From assembly GCA_051532035.1 (NCBI GenBank), contig JAOPTW010000045.1:1-64000 (forward strand): a DNA stretch of 64,000 nt, in the 5' to 3' direction. Within the stretch, counting starts at the first letter, position 1. Every line of letters starts with the position of its first letter. The DNA is from Fibrobacterales bacterium (lineage in GTDB: Bacteria > Fibrobacterota > Fibrobacteria > Fibrobacterales > JAOPTW01). The notes beneath the pieces are model-generated. The model saw only the letters and a program-made list of their open reading frames with translations. It did no database searches and had not been told where the DNA came from. Made by a program: the position numbers and the translations under genes. Shown piece by piece: positions 47,802-58,182 of this stretch.

Positions 47802-48995
47802 ATGAAAAAAATCGTCATCATTGGTGGTGGTATTAGTGGTTTAAGTTTTGCTCATTACTGTGCTGAAGCTGGTATGTATGTGACACTTCTTGAAAAAACT
47901 GAGCGAGTTGGTGGTGCGATAGAGACTAAAATGGAACAGGACTCTATCCTTGAGATGGGGGCGCATACTTGCTATAACTCATATGGTAATTTTATTCACA
48001 TCGGTGAAAGTATTGGGTTAATGCAGTCAATCTCTCAGCGATCAAAGCACCCCTATAAGGTGTGGAAGAGTGGAGCATTAAAATCTATCCTATCTCAGTT
48101 TAATATTATTGAACTTCTGTTTTCCGTTAAGAACATTCTCACGGTAAAGCGCGATAATCGTACCGTCTCTGATTACTTTTCAAAACTCCTTGGTAAAAAA
48201 AATTATCAAAACCTTTTTCACTACTTTATGCAGGCAGTCGTTTGTCAGAATGCAGATAATTTTCCTGCCCAATTGGTATTTCGTAAAAAACCACGAAATA
48301 AAAAGTACCCCAAAAGTTACTTCTTCAAAGGGGGCTTACAGCAAGTTGTTGACAAGGTGTCTCACCAAGAGAGTGTCGCCATAGAATGTGGTGTGACAAC
48401 TTCAATGGTCAAGGCTACAGAGTCTGGAGTATGTATTACCACTGAAAATCGTGGTGAATTTCGGGCTGATTATGTTGTAGTAGCAACGCCACCAGAAGAG
48501 GCGGGGCGCTTTTTAACTGAGTGGACACCACAACTGGCAACAATCCTCTCTTCTATACCCACAGCTCTTGTTGAGTCTGTAGGGGTTTCATTGCCAAGAG
48601 AGTCTCTTGCTATTCCCCTCGTTTCTGGAGTGGTAGGGCTCGGGGCGCCTTTTTACTCAATGGTAAGCTCTGACGCGATATCTGAATCCGATTCAAAGAG
48701 GCGATCTTTTGTCTTTCACTTTAAACCAAATTGTTTGACTGAGAGTGAAAAGAAAGGAGAAATAGCGCAGGTTCTTGGGGTTGAGCAGAAAGAGCTTGGG
48801 TCTTTGATAATAAAAGAGAATAGGTTGCCTACTTTTGCTTCCAATCATTTGGATACCGTCGATAAGCTCACTGAACTTATGCCAAGCAAGCTCTTTTTGA
48901 TTGGTAACTATTTCATTGGTTCGTCAATTGAAGATAGTATCCAACGCTCTCGTGATGAGTTTAGACGATTAATAAAAAAGATACTCCCCACATAA
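47802..48995 (+). CDS. FAD-dependent oxidoreductase, protoporphyrinogen oxidase (HemY)-like
   Basis: IIGGGISGL, LEK..RVGG, EMGAH, FKGGLQ, ADYVVVATP, GNYF.G.SIED. Confidence 0.8.
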   Translation: MKKIVIIGGGISGLSFAHYCAEAGMYVTLLEKTERVGGAIETKMEQDSILEMGAHTCYNSYGNFIHIGESIGLMQSISQRSKHPYKVWKSGALKSILSQFNIIELLFSVKNILTVKRDNRTVSDYFSKLLGKKNYQNLFHYFMQAVVCQNADNFPAQLVFRKKPRNKKYPKSYFFKGGLQQVVDKVSHQESVAIECGVTTSMVKATESGVCITTENRGEFRADYVVVATPPEEAGRFLTEWTPQLATILSSIPTALVESVGVSLPRESLAIPLVSGVVGLGAPFYSMVSSDAISESDSKRRSFVFHFKPNCLTESEKKGEIAQVLGVEQKELGSLIIKENRLPTFASNHLDTVDKLTELMPSKLFLIGNYFIGSSIEDSIQRSRDEFRRLIKKILPT

Positions 48996-49006
48996 TGGGG
49001 AGATAG

Positions 49007-50314
49007 TTATTGTTGGCCAGTATATTCTAAAATGGCCTGTTTCATTGTCGAGAATATATGCTTAAGGCGTTCTTCGTCTTCTTCCAAAATAGTGACCCGA
49101 AAGCCGAGTAATTCTGAACAGAATGATGAAATAGGTACTACAACAATTCCTGTGGCTCCAAGAAGGTAGTATACAAAGCGTTTGTCGAGTTCAATATTAG
49201 GTTTGGTGACCCACTTTTCAACGAGCTCTTTGATCGTATTGTTTTCAATAGGCAGCGTTTGAGTTGCGCTTAAGAGCCCTTTCTCAAATACGATTGTGTT
49301 ATAAAAGGCACCTTTGGTCTCGTTGACTAACAGGCCGGGGATACCCTCAAGGTATCCGTTAATGATCTTTGACCTTTTCCCAATCTCTTTGTTTTTTTGT
49401 TGACGATAGGGAAGGTATCTCGGATCACTCATTATTTTAGGAATCGCCAATTGGGGAAGTGTTGTTGAGCAGACTTCGATCATTTTTGCATCATCGAGTA
49501 CTCGACACATTTTGTTGAATTGACTATCATTTTCGCGATTATAAAACTCCAGCCAGCCACAGCGTGAGCCAGGCCATGGAAATTCTTTGGAAATACCTCT
49601 CAGAGACATTCCTGGGACATCTTCGATAATTTCAGCAAGACGAATTGCTTTTTCACCGTTGTAGTAGATGTTTGAATAGACCTCATCTGATAAGAGAAAG
49701 AGATTGTACTTTTGTGCAAGGCGCACAAATTTCTTGAGTATCTCGCGAGGGTAGACCATTCCGGTAGGGTTATCTGGGTTGATTATCAGAATTCCTACAA
49801 TATTGGGATTGTACTTAACCTGATTCTCTAAATTTTCAAAATCGGGATACCAACTGTTAGTAGGGTCAAGCTTATAGGTAAGTGGGTGGCTTTGAGATTT
49901 TGCAGCTTCAGCAGAAGAATGGGTGCTGTATGCTGGAGAAGGACCAATTACTCTCGATGAAGGAATAAGGTATTGGTAGATTTTAGCTATTGCATCACCG
50001 AGACCGTTAAAAAAGAGAATATCCTCAGCGGTGATTTGTGCGCCACCAAGAGAGTTGGTCAGTTCTGCTAAAAATTCACGGGTCTCTAAAACCCCTTTAG
50101 AATGACAATATCCATAGCTTTGATCATCTTGAACAAGTTCTGAGACAATTTCTTTCATCCAGGCGGGGAGAGTGGCGTTCTTTTGAATTGGATCGCCAAT
50201 ATTTTCCCAAAATATCTCTTGACCGCAATCTCTCACTTGATATGCCTTTTTAACAATCTCTCTAATTTCGTACGAGAGCTCTTTTGTGCCTTCTTGCAGT
50301 AGTTTTTGTCTCAT
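49007..50314 (-). CDS. PLP-dependent aminotransferase class I/II
   Basis: NIGDP, INPDNPTG, SDEVY, GISKEFPWPGSRCGW, GAFY; start moved to 50314. Confidence 0.95.
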   Translation of the reverse strand: MRQKLLQEGTKELSYEIREIVKKAYQVRDCGQEIFWENIGDPIQKNATLPAWMKEIVSELVQDDQSYGYCHSKGVLETREFLAELTNSLGGAQITAEDILFFNGLGDAIAKIYQYLIPSSRVIGPSPAYSTHSSAEAAKSQSHPLTYKLDPTNSWYPDFENLENQVKYNPNIVGILIINPDNPTGMVYPREILKKFVRLAQKYNLFLLSDEVYSNIYYNGEKAIRLAEIIEDVPGMSLRGISKEFPWPGSRCGWLEFYNRENDSQFNKMCRVLDDAKMIEVCSTTLPQLAIPKIMSDPRYLPYRQQKNKEIGKRSKIINGYLEGIPGLLVNETKGAFYNTIVFEKGLLSATQTLPIENNTIKELVEKWVTKPNIELDKRFVYYLLGATGIVVVPISSFCSELLGFRVTILEEDEERLKHIFSTMKQAILEYTGQQ

Positions 50315-50525
50315 TAGTTCCTCTGTTTCGGCTAAAATTAAAAAAAACGCACAAGTATTAGGCGGAATTATCGCGCAATCCTTTAAATAGTCCTCTATGT
50401 GACAAAATAACACTAAGTATGTGTAAATTAAAGTTTACACTATGGCTCGGGTGTATAAATGGTTTGCTTTAGTAGACAAATAATCTTAGCTTAAGTAGTA
50501 GTGAAACACGAGGGGCGTACGAAAT

Positions 50526-52037
50526 ATGAAATATTTGTTGTTACTAGTTATGGTGGTTGTACTTGGGTGCTCTGAGGAAAATACTTTAGTTATAGGTGAT
50601 TCTATCGAGTCATGCCAAGAGATGGTCGGAGAAGTATATGACGCATGTCGTGAAGGTGTACAGAAAGATAGTGTAGACAATAATGAAAAGAATAATGTGG
50701 GTCAAGAGAGCTCTGCTATAAAAAAAGATGAGGTTTCAGATGAGGTTTCCTCTTCTTTGCGAAGAGGGAATGTTGAAAGTAGCGGTGAGGAAATTGATGA
50801 CCCTGAGTCTTATGAGGCTCACCCTCCTGCAGGCAACGATGGCTCATCGTCAAGTGAACGAGACGATTTGGCGTGGGGTTCATCAAGTGATGATGCGACA
50901 GATAAGCCGCGATACATTGACCCCGATATAGAAATTATACAAACAGGCACACCAAACTGGCTCTCTAGAAAGGGTACCTCTCTTTATGATTCGAAAGGGA
51001 ATAAGGTTCGTTTAACTGGGGTGAATTGGTTTGGTTTTGAAACCTCATCCAAAGTGATGCATGGTTTGTGGGGGGCTGATTATAAGGTTATGTTGCAGCT
51101 TATGGTTGACCTAGGGTTTAATTCAATTAGAATACCGTGGGCTAACGTAATCATTGGTGATGATGAAGCGGTTCAAGTGAATTCATATGAAATGAATGCT
51201 GAATTAGTTGGTAAAAACCCCATTGAGGCACTGGTTGTCATTGCAAACGAGGCCCAGAGACTTGGGCTTAAAATTATATTGGATAACCATTCACGGGTCA
51301 ATGATGCATACATGACAGAAGACCTCTGGTATACGGAGTCATTTTCTGAACAGCAGTGGATAGATGATTGGAAATATATCGCAGATGTTTTTAAGGATAA
51401 TGATGCGGTGATAGCAATGGACCTCAATAATGAGCCTCATGACCGTGCAACATGGGGGAGTGGTGATCCTAAGCTTGATTGGGCAATGGCAGCAGAGAAA
51501 TGTGGCAATGCGATTTTGGAAGTCAATCCCAATGTGTTGATAATGGTTGAAGGTGTAGAAGGATGGGATGGGATGGATACTCCGGAGGGTGAGGGTTACT
51601 GGTGGGGTGGAAGTTTGGTCGGTGTAAAAGATCGTCCTATTGTGCTCACAAATCCTGAAAAATTAGTGTATTCACCTCATGAGTATGGGCCCACAGTTTT
51701 TGAGCAAGAGTGGTTTAAGACTGATGATTTTCCGAGTAATATGCCAGGAATTTGGGACACTCAGTTTGGTTTTATCGCAAAAGAAGGCGAAGGGCATTTG
51801 TTTATTGGTGAACTTGGTATCAAGGGAAAGGGTGGTGACGATGAGATTTGGTTTGATGCTTTCTTAAAGTATATGGAGGAGTCAAAAGAATCGTATTCAT
51901 GGACATTTTGGGCGTGGAACCCAAATTCGGGTGATACTGGTGGAATTCTTGAGTATGACTGGGAGACGGTGGTTCAGTGGAAAGTTGATTATCTCAAGCC
52001 GTATTTGGCACCTCTTATTGGTAATGGAAACGGTTAG
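50526..52037 (+). CDS. GH5 endoglucanase-like lipoprotein
   Basis: VLGC lipobox; acidic linker; GVNWFGFET, HGLW, GFNSIRIP, LDNH, NEPH (acid/base), YSPHEYG, IGELG (nucleophile), WTFWAWNPNSGDTGG. Confidence 0.96.
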   Translation: MKYLLLLVMVVVLGCSEENTLVIGDSIESCQEMVGEVYDACREGVQKDSVDNNEKNNVGQESSAIKKDEVSDEVSSSLRRGNVESSGEEIDDPESYEAHPPAGNDGSSSSERDDLAWGSSSDDATDKPRYIDPDIEIIQTGTPNWLSRKGTSLYDSKGNKVRLTGVNWFGFETSSKVMHGLWGADYKVMLQLMVDLGFNSIRIPWANVIIGDDEAVQVNSYEMNAELVGKNPIEALVVIANEAQRLGLKIILDNHSRVNDAYMTEDLWYTESFSEQQWIDDWKYIADVFKDNDAVIAMDLNNEPHDRATWGSGDPKLDWAMAAEKCGNAILEVNPNVLIMVEGVEGWDGMDTPEGEGYWWGGSLVGVKDRPIVLTNPEKLVYSPHEYGPTVFEQEWFKTDDFPSNMPGIWDTQFGFIAKEGEGHLFIGELGIKGKGGDDEIWFDAFLKYMEESKESYSWTFWAWNPNSGDTGGILEYDWETVVQWKVDYLKPYLAPLIGNGNG

Positions 52038-52270
52038 TGCGTATTACTGAGTGTGGCAATACCGATCCTGTTGATGTGGTGCACTTTCTGTTGGAATAAC
52101 AGTAAGTCTGGGTTGTTTTACTCACTAAAATAAGGGTATAGTTCTACTTTTTTCAAGATATTATCAGTTGTTGGGACAGATTTAATCTGCCCCTTTTTTC
52201 TTGTACCATTGATGGTGTTCTCCATTTATTCTTGGTTTGGTATGGGTTGTTAGTAGACACTAAATCATCA

Positions 52271-52286
52271 TGTGATACATCTCAAA
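52271..52286. promoter_or_regulatory. CRP/FNR-family-like site
   Basis: TGTGA-TACATC-TCAAA, 9/10 to TGTGA-N6-TCACA, in the long intergenic region before the TIGR02147 gene. Confidence 0.3.
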
Positions 52287-52521
52287 AGCCCATTAAATCA
52301 GGGCTTAATCTAGGTTGGTTGTAATGATGAGGTGTTGTTGGTATTGGTTGTTTCGTGGCTAATTATAGGTTATTGAGTCCATATGAAGTGTAAAGTGGTA
52401 ATTTACATTGAATTAAGAGTGGGGCTTACTGTGGGTCACTAAAAAGCCTCAAATTGAGATATATAGCGTGCACTGTAGACTATTTTATATTATATTACAG
52501 GGGGTTCAACGGTTGATCAGT

Positions 52522-53376
52522 ATGGCAGATATTTATAATTACCTCGACTATCGGAAGTATCTTAATGACCGATATGAAGAGCTAAAAGACGCTGAAGGTG
52601 TTTCTCACCGGATTCTAGGAAAACGCGGTGGTTTTGACCCCGGTCTTTTCTCAAAAGTAGTAACAGGGCAGCGAGACATATCCATGAAAATGGTGGGTAA
52701 GTTTATTGATGCATTCAGTATGAGTGAAAAGGAAGAGGACTACTTTGAGGTTCTCGTGCTATTCAATCAGGCAAATACTCACTCTGAGAAAAAGTACCAC
52801 CTCGAAAGACTCCTCTCGTTTAGTAAATGTAAGGTGAAAAAACTGGTAGAGAATCAGTATGAGTACTATGATAAATGGTACTATTCCGCAGTGAGAGAGC
52901 TATTACATTACTACCCATTTGATGGTGATTTTGAGGATCTTGCAGATACTCTTATCCCTAAAATTAAGGTACGAGAAGCTAAAAAAGCGATTGAACTCCT
53001 TATGAGTCTCGATATGATCAATAAGAATGACGAAGGCCGCTATGTATTGACCGACTCTCTTGTCACGAGTGGCTATGAGACTCATTCAACAGCAATTAAT
53101 AATTATGTGCTTTCAGGGATTTCCATGGCTCAAGATGCTCTTGATCTTTTTAAGCCCCATGAGCGGAATTTATCTTCTATTACTTTTAATTATACCGAAG
53201 AAGAGCTTCCTGAGCTCATTGAAAAATTTAGATCTTTCAGAAAAGACCTCATGCAGATGATTACGCGAACGTCCAAAGCAAATCGGGTATTTCAGTTTAA
53301 CATGCAACTTTTTCCGCTCTCGATGCCTTATCCAAAACCGGTTCGTCCGGGACCCAAAAAGGGGGGTAAAAAATGA
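52522..53376 (+). CDS. TIGR02147-family protein (N-terminal HTH + DUF4423-like)
   Basis: IYNYLDYRKYL, SKVVTGQR, YFEVLVLFNQA, YYDKWYYSAVRELL, RNLSSIT, VFQFNMQLFPLS. Confidence 0.9.
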   Translation: MADIYNYLDYRKYLNDRYEELKDAEGVSHRILGKRGGFDPGLFSKVVTGQRDISMKMVGKFIDAFSMSEKEEDYFEVLVLFNQANTHSEKKYHLERLLSFSKCKVKKLVENQYEYYDKWYYSAVRELLHYYPFDGDFEDLADTLIPKIKVREAKKAIELLMSLDMINKNDEGRYVLTDSLVTSGYETHSTAINNYVLSGISMAQDALDLFKPHERNLSSITFNYTEEELPELIEKFRSFRKDLMQMITRTSKANRVFQFNMQLFPLSMPYPKPVRPGPKKGGKK

Positions 53377-54662
53377 GATATGTAAACCGTTTTTTACTGC
53401 TTGCACTCCTCACTGTAATTGCTGCCTGTAGTCTGGGTGACCCAATTACCGCAAACAGTGGTGGAACCGCAACCGAAACTGAAGCGACTATCGTTGCAAA
53501 AATAGTAACTCCGCAAGGTGAGCCGGCAGTTGGTGCTCAAGTCATTATTCATAAGCAAGCAGCCCTCTCAGGAAGAGACACTGCAATTGCTCAGTTAACC
53601 ACGGATACTCAAGGGTCATTTTCTGTTGTAGTTGATACAGGGGAGACATACCTTGTTGAGGCGAACTATAGTGAAGCAGGACTCAAAAAGGGAGTCGTTT
53701 TTTCCGTAGAAGTTGGCGGTAATGCATCGTATGATATGGGTAATGCAACACTTAAATCTCTGGGGTCGGTTGAAGGGGTGATACTTTCGCCTTATGATTC
53801 AGTTGTAGTCTCATTGGTTGGAACACAATACACGGCATCGGTCAAAGAGGGAGGGGTGTTTACTATAGATTCAATTCCTCATGGACGCTATCTCGTGAAG
53901 GCATACCCGTATGATGATCCTGAACACTCAATGAATACTACTGCAGAAGTGCCAGGTATTGTTCGACTTACTTTCCCTGAATATAAGCATACTACAATTA
54001 TAGATACACCAATTGTAGTTGATACGAATGAAGTTGATACACCGGTTGTGGTTGTGCCCGATGATACTATTGTTGTGCCTGTTGATACTGTTGTAGATGT
54101 TCCGCAAAAGATACTTTATATTGATAATTTCGATAAAAAGAGTCAAAAAAGTCTCTTTGGTCTTGATGATTCATCAGGATCGTGGGCTACCTATTCAAAT
54201 ACTTCATATATACTGCCAGACGCTGGAGAAGCGCAGTTTGACATATATTTTGATTCATCAGAAATAAGAGGTGATTCAGGATATAGTTTCTCTATCTATC
54301 TGCCTGGTGAGGAACATAATGGTGTTGCCTTTAGTCTTCAGATGGGTAAAAATTCACAAGAGTTTGATCTGAGTGCAGTAAATACTATAAATTTTTGGGC
54401 TAAGGGTTCTGGTGTAATTACAGTAGAGTTCAAAAGTGAAGGTGGCTCAGGGATAATACCTGTCGCCTTGGATGTTCCTCTTGGGGCGGACTGGACATTA
54501 CATTCTCTTGATGTTACCCAGTTTTCTGGTTCACAAGGAACAACATGGGACGATATAAAGAGTGCAATAACGCATATTCATTTTATTTCCTATACGACGA
54601 CGACTATTACTATTGATGAAATACGTATTACGGGTGTCGATCTACTGGATTTAGAGAAGTAA
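53373..54662 (+). CDS. Lipoprotein with carboxypeptidase-regulatory-like domains, DT/V-rich linker and CBM11/CIA30-like C-domain
   Basis: IAAC lipobox, GGTATET; G.PAVGA.V...TTD..G.F; G.F.ID.IP.G.Y; IDNFD...DLS....I.FWAKGSG...IDEI; ATGA overlap with the upstream gene. Confidence 0.85.
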   Translation: MRYVNRFLLLALLTVIAACSLGDPITANSGGTATETEATIVAKIVTPQGEPAVGAQVIIHKQAALSGRDTAIAQLTTDTQGSFSVVVDTGETYLVEANYSEAGLKKGVVFSVEVGGNASYDMGNATLKSLGSVEGVILSPYDSVVVSLVGTQYTASVKEGGVFTIDSIPHGRYLVKAYPYDDPEHSMNTTAEVPGIVRLTFPEYKHTTIIDTPIVVDTNEVDTPVVVVPDDTIVVPVDTVVDVPQKILYIDNFDKKSQKSLFGLDDSSGSWATYSNTSYILPDAGEAQFDIYFDSSEIRGDSGYSFSIYLPGEEHNGVAFSLQMGKNSQEFDLSAVNTINFWAKGSGVITVEFKSEGGSGIIPVALDVPLGADWTLHSLDVTQFSGSQGTTWDDIKSAITHIHFISYTTTTITIDEIRITGVDLLDLEK

Positions 54663-54670
54663 ATACTTTT

Positions 54671-54702
54671 AGGCTGCCTCAATATCTGAGGCAGCCTTTT
54701 TT
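54671..54702 (+). terminator. Intrinsic terminator
   Basis: AGGCTGCCTCA-atatc-TGAGGCAGCCT followed by a T-run. Confidence 0.9.
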
Positions 54703-54777
54703 ATACAACGACTCAATCTGTTCTCTCTCTGTTTTAAGTGGTAGAATGACTACTTCACGGTCCACAAGAGACTATCA

Positions 54778-54789
54778 TTTTCTAAATTT
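54778..54789 (+). promoter_or_regulatory. Putative -10-type promoter element of dnaG (possibly leaderless)
   Basis: TTTTCTAAATTT; hexamer TAAATT ends 6 nt before ATG; the motif recurs at 27007 (+), 35626 (-) and 24227 (-). Confidence 0.55.
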
Positions 54790-54794
54790 AGGCC

Positions 54795-56588
54795 ATGAAA
54801 TATTTTGATGCCGTGATCCTCGAAGAATTAAAAGGCCAAGCTGATATTGCTTCAGTAATCCAGGCTTACCTCCCTGTTAAACGCACGGGAAACAGTTATA
54901 AGTGTGTTTGCCCCTTTCATAATGACCATAGTCCTAGTATGCACATAACTCCCTCTATGGGGATCTATAAGTGCTTTGCTTGCGGAGCTGGCGGTGATGT
55001 CATTAAATTTGTTCAAGAGCACGATCGTATAGAATTTCCGGCAGCAGTTGAACGAGTTGCAGAGCTCACGGGGTATCAGCTTCCAGAGAAAGAGACTATG
55101 AAAGAGGGGGCTTCACGAGACCTCACTCAAATCAATGAGTTCACCGCCTATTTCTTCTATAATCAGCTCAAAGCAGCCCCTCAGGCAGTAGAATACCTTA
55201 AAAAACGTGGATTATCAGCCGAAACCTGTGCCACTTTCAAGCTTGGTTGGGCGCCTGATTCTTGGGATATGCTCATGAAGAGTTGCAAAGAAAAAGGCTA
55301 TACAGAGGATGCGCTCATAGAGGCGGGAGTTGTCGTTCAAAATGAGAAGGGGAAGGTGTACGATAAGTTTCGTTCACGACTCATGTTTCCCATCTTTAAT
55401 CTATCTAAAAAAGTCATTGCTTTTGGCGGGCGAGTCCTCGATCCTGAGCAAAAACCAAAATATCTGAATAGCCCCGAAACAAGGCTCTATCATAAAAGTG
55501 AAGTGCTCTATGGCTTAAGTCATACCAAAGCAGACATCATGAAAGAAAATAGCGCTATTTTTGTTGAAGGCTATATGGATATGCTCCAGCTTTTTCAGGC
55601 AGGGGTGACCAATGTGGTTTCTGTATCGGGAACGGCTCTCACTGCAGATCATGCAAAGTTAATTAAGCGCTATACCAATCGTGCATATCTTGTGTTTGAT
55701 GGCGATGAAGCGGGGCAGAATGCGGCCCGTAAAAGTATTGAAACATTGCTCCATATTGGTATAGAAGTCAAAGTGTTACTCCTCCCAGAGGGTGAAGACC
55801 CTGATAGTATAGTGAAGAGTCATGGAGCAGACCATTTTAAAGGGCTCCTGAAGCGAGCGTATGATTTTGTTGATTTTACCTTTAATGGTATTAATCCTCG
55901 GACACTATCGCCAGAGAGTAAAGCGCAATATGTTACGCATATGAAGGGAATGCTCAAGCAAGTCCATGATGTTGTAGCGCGACAGGAGTACATAAAAAAA
56001 ATTGCAGAACGACTCGATATTAAAGAGACATTCCTTACTCAGACAATGCGCGTTCAGGCAAATGAAATGCCAACTTCTCCAGAACGAACAACAGTTGCTC
56101 GTACTTTTGACCCGGTAGAGTTGCGCCTACTCACTATTTTACTCCACAACGAATATCTCGTCGAAATCGCACTGAATACCTTTGATATTCAGTTGGTGCA
56201 GACAGAGGCTATTGCAGAGCTTTTAGATTTCTGTTTTTGCCTTTTCGAAGAAGAGGGTGAGATAAATCTCAAAACACTCTATGATAAAATCCCCTCAGCA
56301 CTTAAGCCACTTTTTGAGACTCTTGAAGAACCAGTAGATCTTTCATCAAATAAAGATGAACATAAAAATATGATTTTTAAAGATTATGTTGCGCATCTCC
56401 TCCAGTTAGAGCTTGTCTTTTTAAAAGAGCTCCAGTCCGGGCGTCGTGATCAATCATTTATGGTTATTCAAAAAGGTATCCGCGAGATCGCTCAACAAAA
56501 ACAAAGCCTTGCACAAGGGCTCTTTCTCCCGCAAGATATATTGACTCAATATCTTGGTTCTAAAAAAGATATTATGGAGGTGGTGTAA
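54795..56588 (+). CDS. dnaG: DNA primase
   Basis: CPFH...C..C zinc finger, FR.RLMFPI, FGGR, KYLNSPET, VEGYMD, FDGDEAG, DPD. Confidence 0.98.
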   Translation: MKYFDAVILEELKGQADIASVIQAYLPVKRTGNSYKCVCPFHNDHSPSMHITPSMGIYKCFACGAGGDVIKFVQEHDRIEFPAAVERVAELTGYQLPEKETMKEGASRDLTQINEFTAYFFYNQLKAAPQAVEYLKKRGLSAETCATFKLGWAPDSWDMLMKSCKEKGYTEDALIEAGVVVQNEKGKVYDKFRSRLMFPIFNLSKKVIAFGGRVLDPEQKPKYLNSPETRLYHKSEVLYGLSHTKADIMKENSAIFVEGYMDMLQLFQAGVTNVVSVSGTALTADHAKLIKRYTNRAYLVFDGDEAGQNAARKSIETLLHIGIEVKVLLLPEGEDPDSIVKSHGADHFKGLLKRAYDFVDFTFNGINPRTLSPESKAQYVTHMKGMLKQVHDVVARQEYIKKIAERLDIKETFLTQTMRVQANEMPTSPERTTVARTFDPVELRLLTILLHNEYLVEIALNTFDIQLVQTEAIAELLDFCFCLFEEEGEINLKTLYDKIPSALKPLFETLEEPVDLSSNKDEHKNMIFKDYVAHLLQLELVFLKELQSGRRDQSFMVIQKGIREIAQQKQSLAQGLFLPQDILTQYLGSKKDIMEVV

Positions 56589-56714
56589 AGCCTCCCTCAT
56601 CTTTTACCCTGTTAACCCTCAAGATTTAATAGAGTAACCCTCCTTATGGTTGTGTTTGCCCTGTTATTGTGGTATATTAGAACTATAGATACATACATAC
56701 TTTGAGAGGCTAAA

Positions 56715-58073
56715 ATGACTGGTGGATATTCAGGTGCTTTGGATTTAGATATATTCATGGAAGGGCTCCGTAAGAGAAACCCTGGTGAGATAGAGTTTCA
56801 TCAAGCAGTTGAAGAAGTTGCACGTACTGTTATTCCATATATTAATCAAAATCAGGAATATTTAAAAGCCCGTATTCTTGAGCGCCTCACTGAACCAGAC
56901 CGCATTGTAAGTTTTAGAGTGTGTTGGGAAGATGACCAAGGCCATGTTCGTATTAACAGAGGGTATCGTGTTCAGTTTAATAATGCTATTGGCCCTTATA
57001 AAGGGGGCCTTCGATTTCACCCTACCGTAAGTTTGAGTGTACTTAAATTTCTCGGTTTTGAGCAAGTATTCAAAAATAGTCTAACCACATTACCTCTTGG
57101 TGGTGCAAAAGGTGGGGCTGATTTTAACCCTAAAGGAAAATCAGATAACGAGGTAATGCGTTTTTGCCAATCGTTCATGACTGAACTGGAGCAATATATT
57201 GGTACCCATGTTGATATTCCGGCAGGGGATATTGGGGTCAGTGCTCGTGAAATTGGGTATATGTATGGTCAGTACAAGCGCATGAAAAACGAGTTTCAAG
57301 GGGTGCTAACAGGCAAAGGAGTTCATTTTGGTGGGAGTTTAGTTCGTACCGAAGCGACCGGGTATGGGTGTGTCTATTTTGTTCAAAATATGTTACAGTA
57401 CATAGGTAATTCCATCGAAGGAAAAAGGTGCTCTGTTTCTGGCTCAGGTAATGTAGCACTCTACACTGCCGAGAAAGTGATTCATCTTGGGGGCACGGTT
57501 CACACCTTGTCTGACTCCGGAGGCTTCATCTATGACGCAGATGGTATCACCCAAGAAAAACTCAATTGGATTATAGATCTTAAAACAAAACGTAGAGGAC
57601 GCATTAAAGAGTATGCCGATGAGTTTGACTGTGAATACCATGAAGGTAAACGGCCATGGATTATCCCTTGTGATATCGCCTTTCCATCGGCGACACAAAA
57701 TGAAGTTAATGCAGAAGAAGCTAAAACCCTCGTAGATAATGGATTGATCGCTATTGGTGAAGGGGCAAATATGCCTTCATCTATAGAGGCTATCGATGTG
57801 TTTCAAGCGGCCAAAATTATTTACGGTCCGAGTAAAGCCGCTAATGCTGGTGGTGTGGCGGTGAGTGGTCTCGAGATGACTCAAAATAGTATGCGGATCA
57901 ATTGGTCCCGTCGTGAGGTTGATGAGAAGTTGCAAGAGATTATGCGTGAGATACATGATCAGTGCGTAAGGTATGGTGAGACGCCTAATGGTTGGGTGGA
58001 CTATGTATCCGGTGCCAACATTGCTGGCTTTGTGAAGGTTGCCGACTCAATGCTCGCTTACGGGATAGTTTAG
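56715..58073 (+). CDS. gdhA: NADP-type glutamate dehydrogenase
   Basis: EFHQAV, GPYKGGLRFHP, GGAKGG, DIPAGDIGV, RTEATGYG, SGSGNVA, EGANMP, KAANAGGVAVSGLEM. Confidence 0.98.
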   Translation: MTGGYSGALDLDIFMEGLRKRNPGEIEFHQAVEEVARTVIPYINQNQEYLKARILERLTEPDRIVSFRVCWEDDQGHVRINRGYRVQFNNAIGPYKGGLRFHPTVSLSVLKFLGFEQVFKNSLTTLPLGGAKGGADFNPKGKSDNEVMRFCQSFMTELEQYIGTHVDIPAGDIGVSAREIGYMYGQYKRMKNEFQGVLTGKGVHFGGSLVRTEATGYGCVYFVQNMLQYIGNSIEGKRCSVSGSGNVALYTAEKVIHLGGTVHTLSDSGGFIYDADGITQEKLNWIIDLKTKRRGRIKEYADEFDCEYHEGKRPWIIPCDIAFPSATQNEVNAEEAKTLVDNGLIAIGEGANMPSSIEAIDVFQAAKIIYGPSKAANAGGVAVSGLEMTQNSMRINWSRREVDEKLQEIMREIHDQCVRYGETPNGWVDYVSGANIAGFVKVADSMLAYGIV

Positions 58074-58172
58074 TATTTAAGAAGTGTCTACTTCGTTGCT
58101 GAATACTTGACGTACCGTTTGTACGCCTACGCATCCAGCGCCTCATATCCATCTTCTTAAATCCTAAACTAT
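58065..58172. mobile_element. 108-bp palindromic MITE-like element overlapping the gdhA 3' end
   Basis: 19/20-bp terminal inverted repeats (58065-84, 58153-72); inner CGTTG...CGTAC-cgttt-GTACG...CGCCT nested palindrome. Confidence 0.6.
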
Positions 58173-58182
58173 GTTATCGCTG

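Noticed and set aside
9008..54697. AGGCTGC/GCAGCCT shared by two terminators as a DNA-uptake sequence
   Set aside because: I noticed only two such hairpins in 64 kb, far too sparse for an uptake-sequence system.
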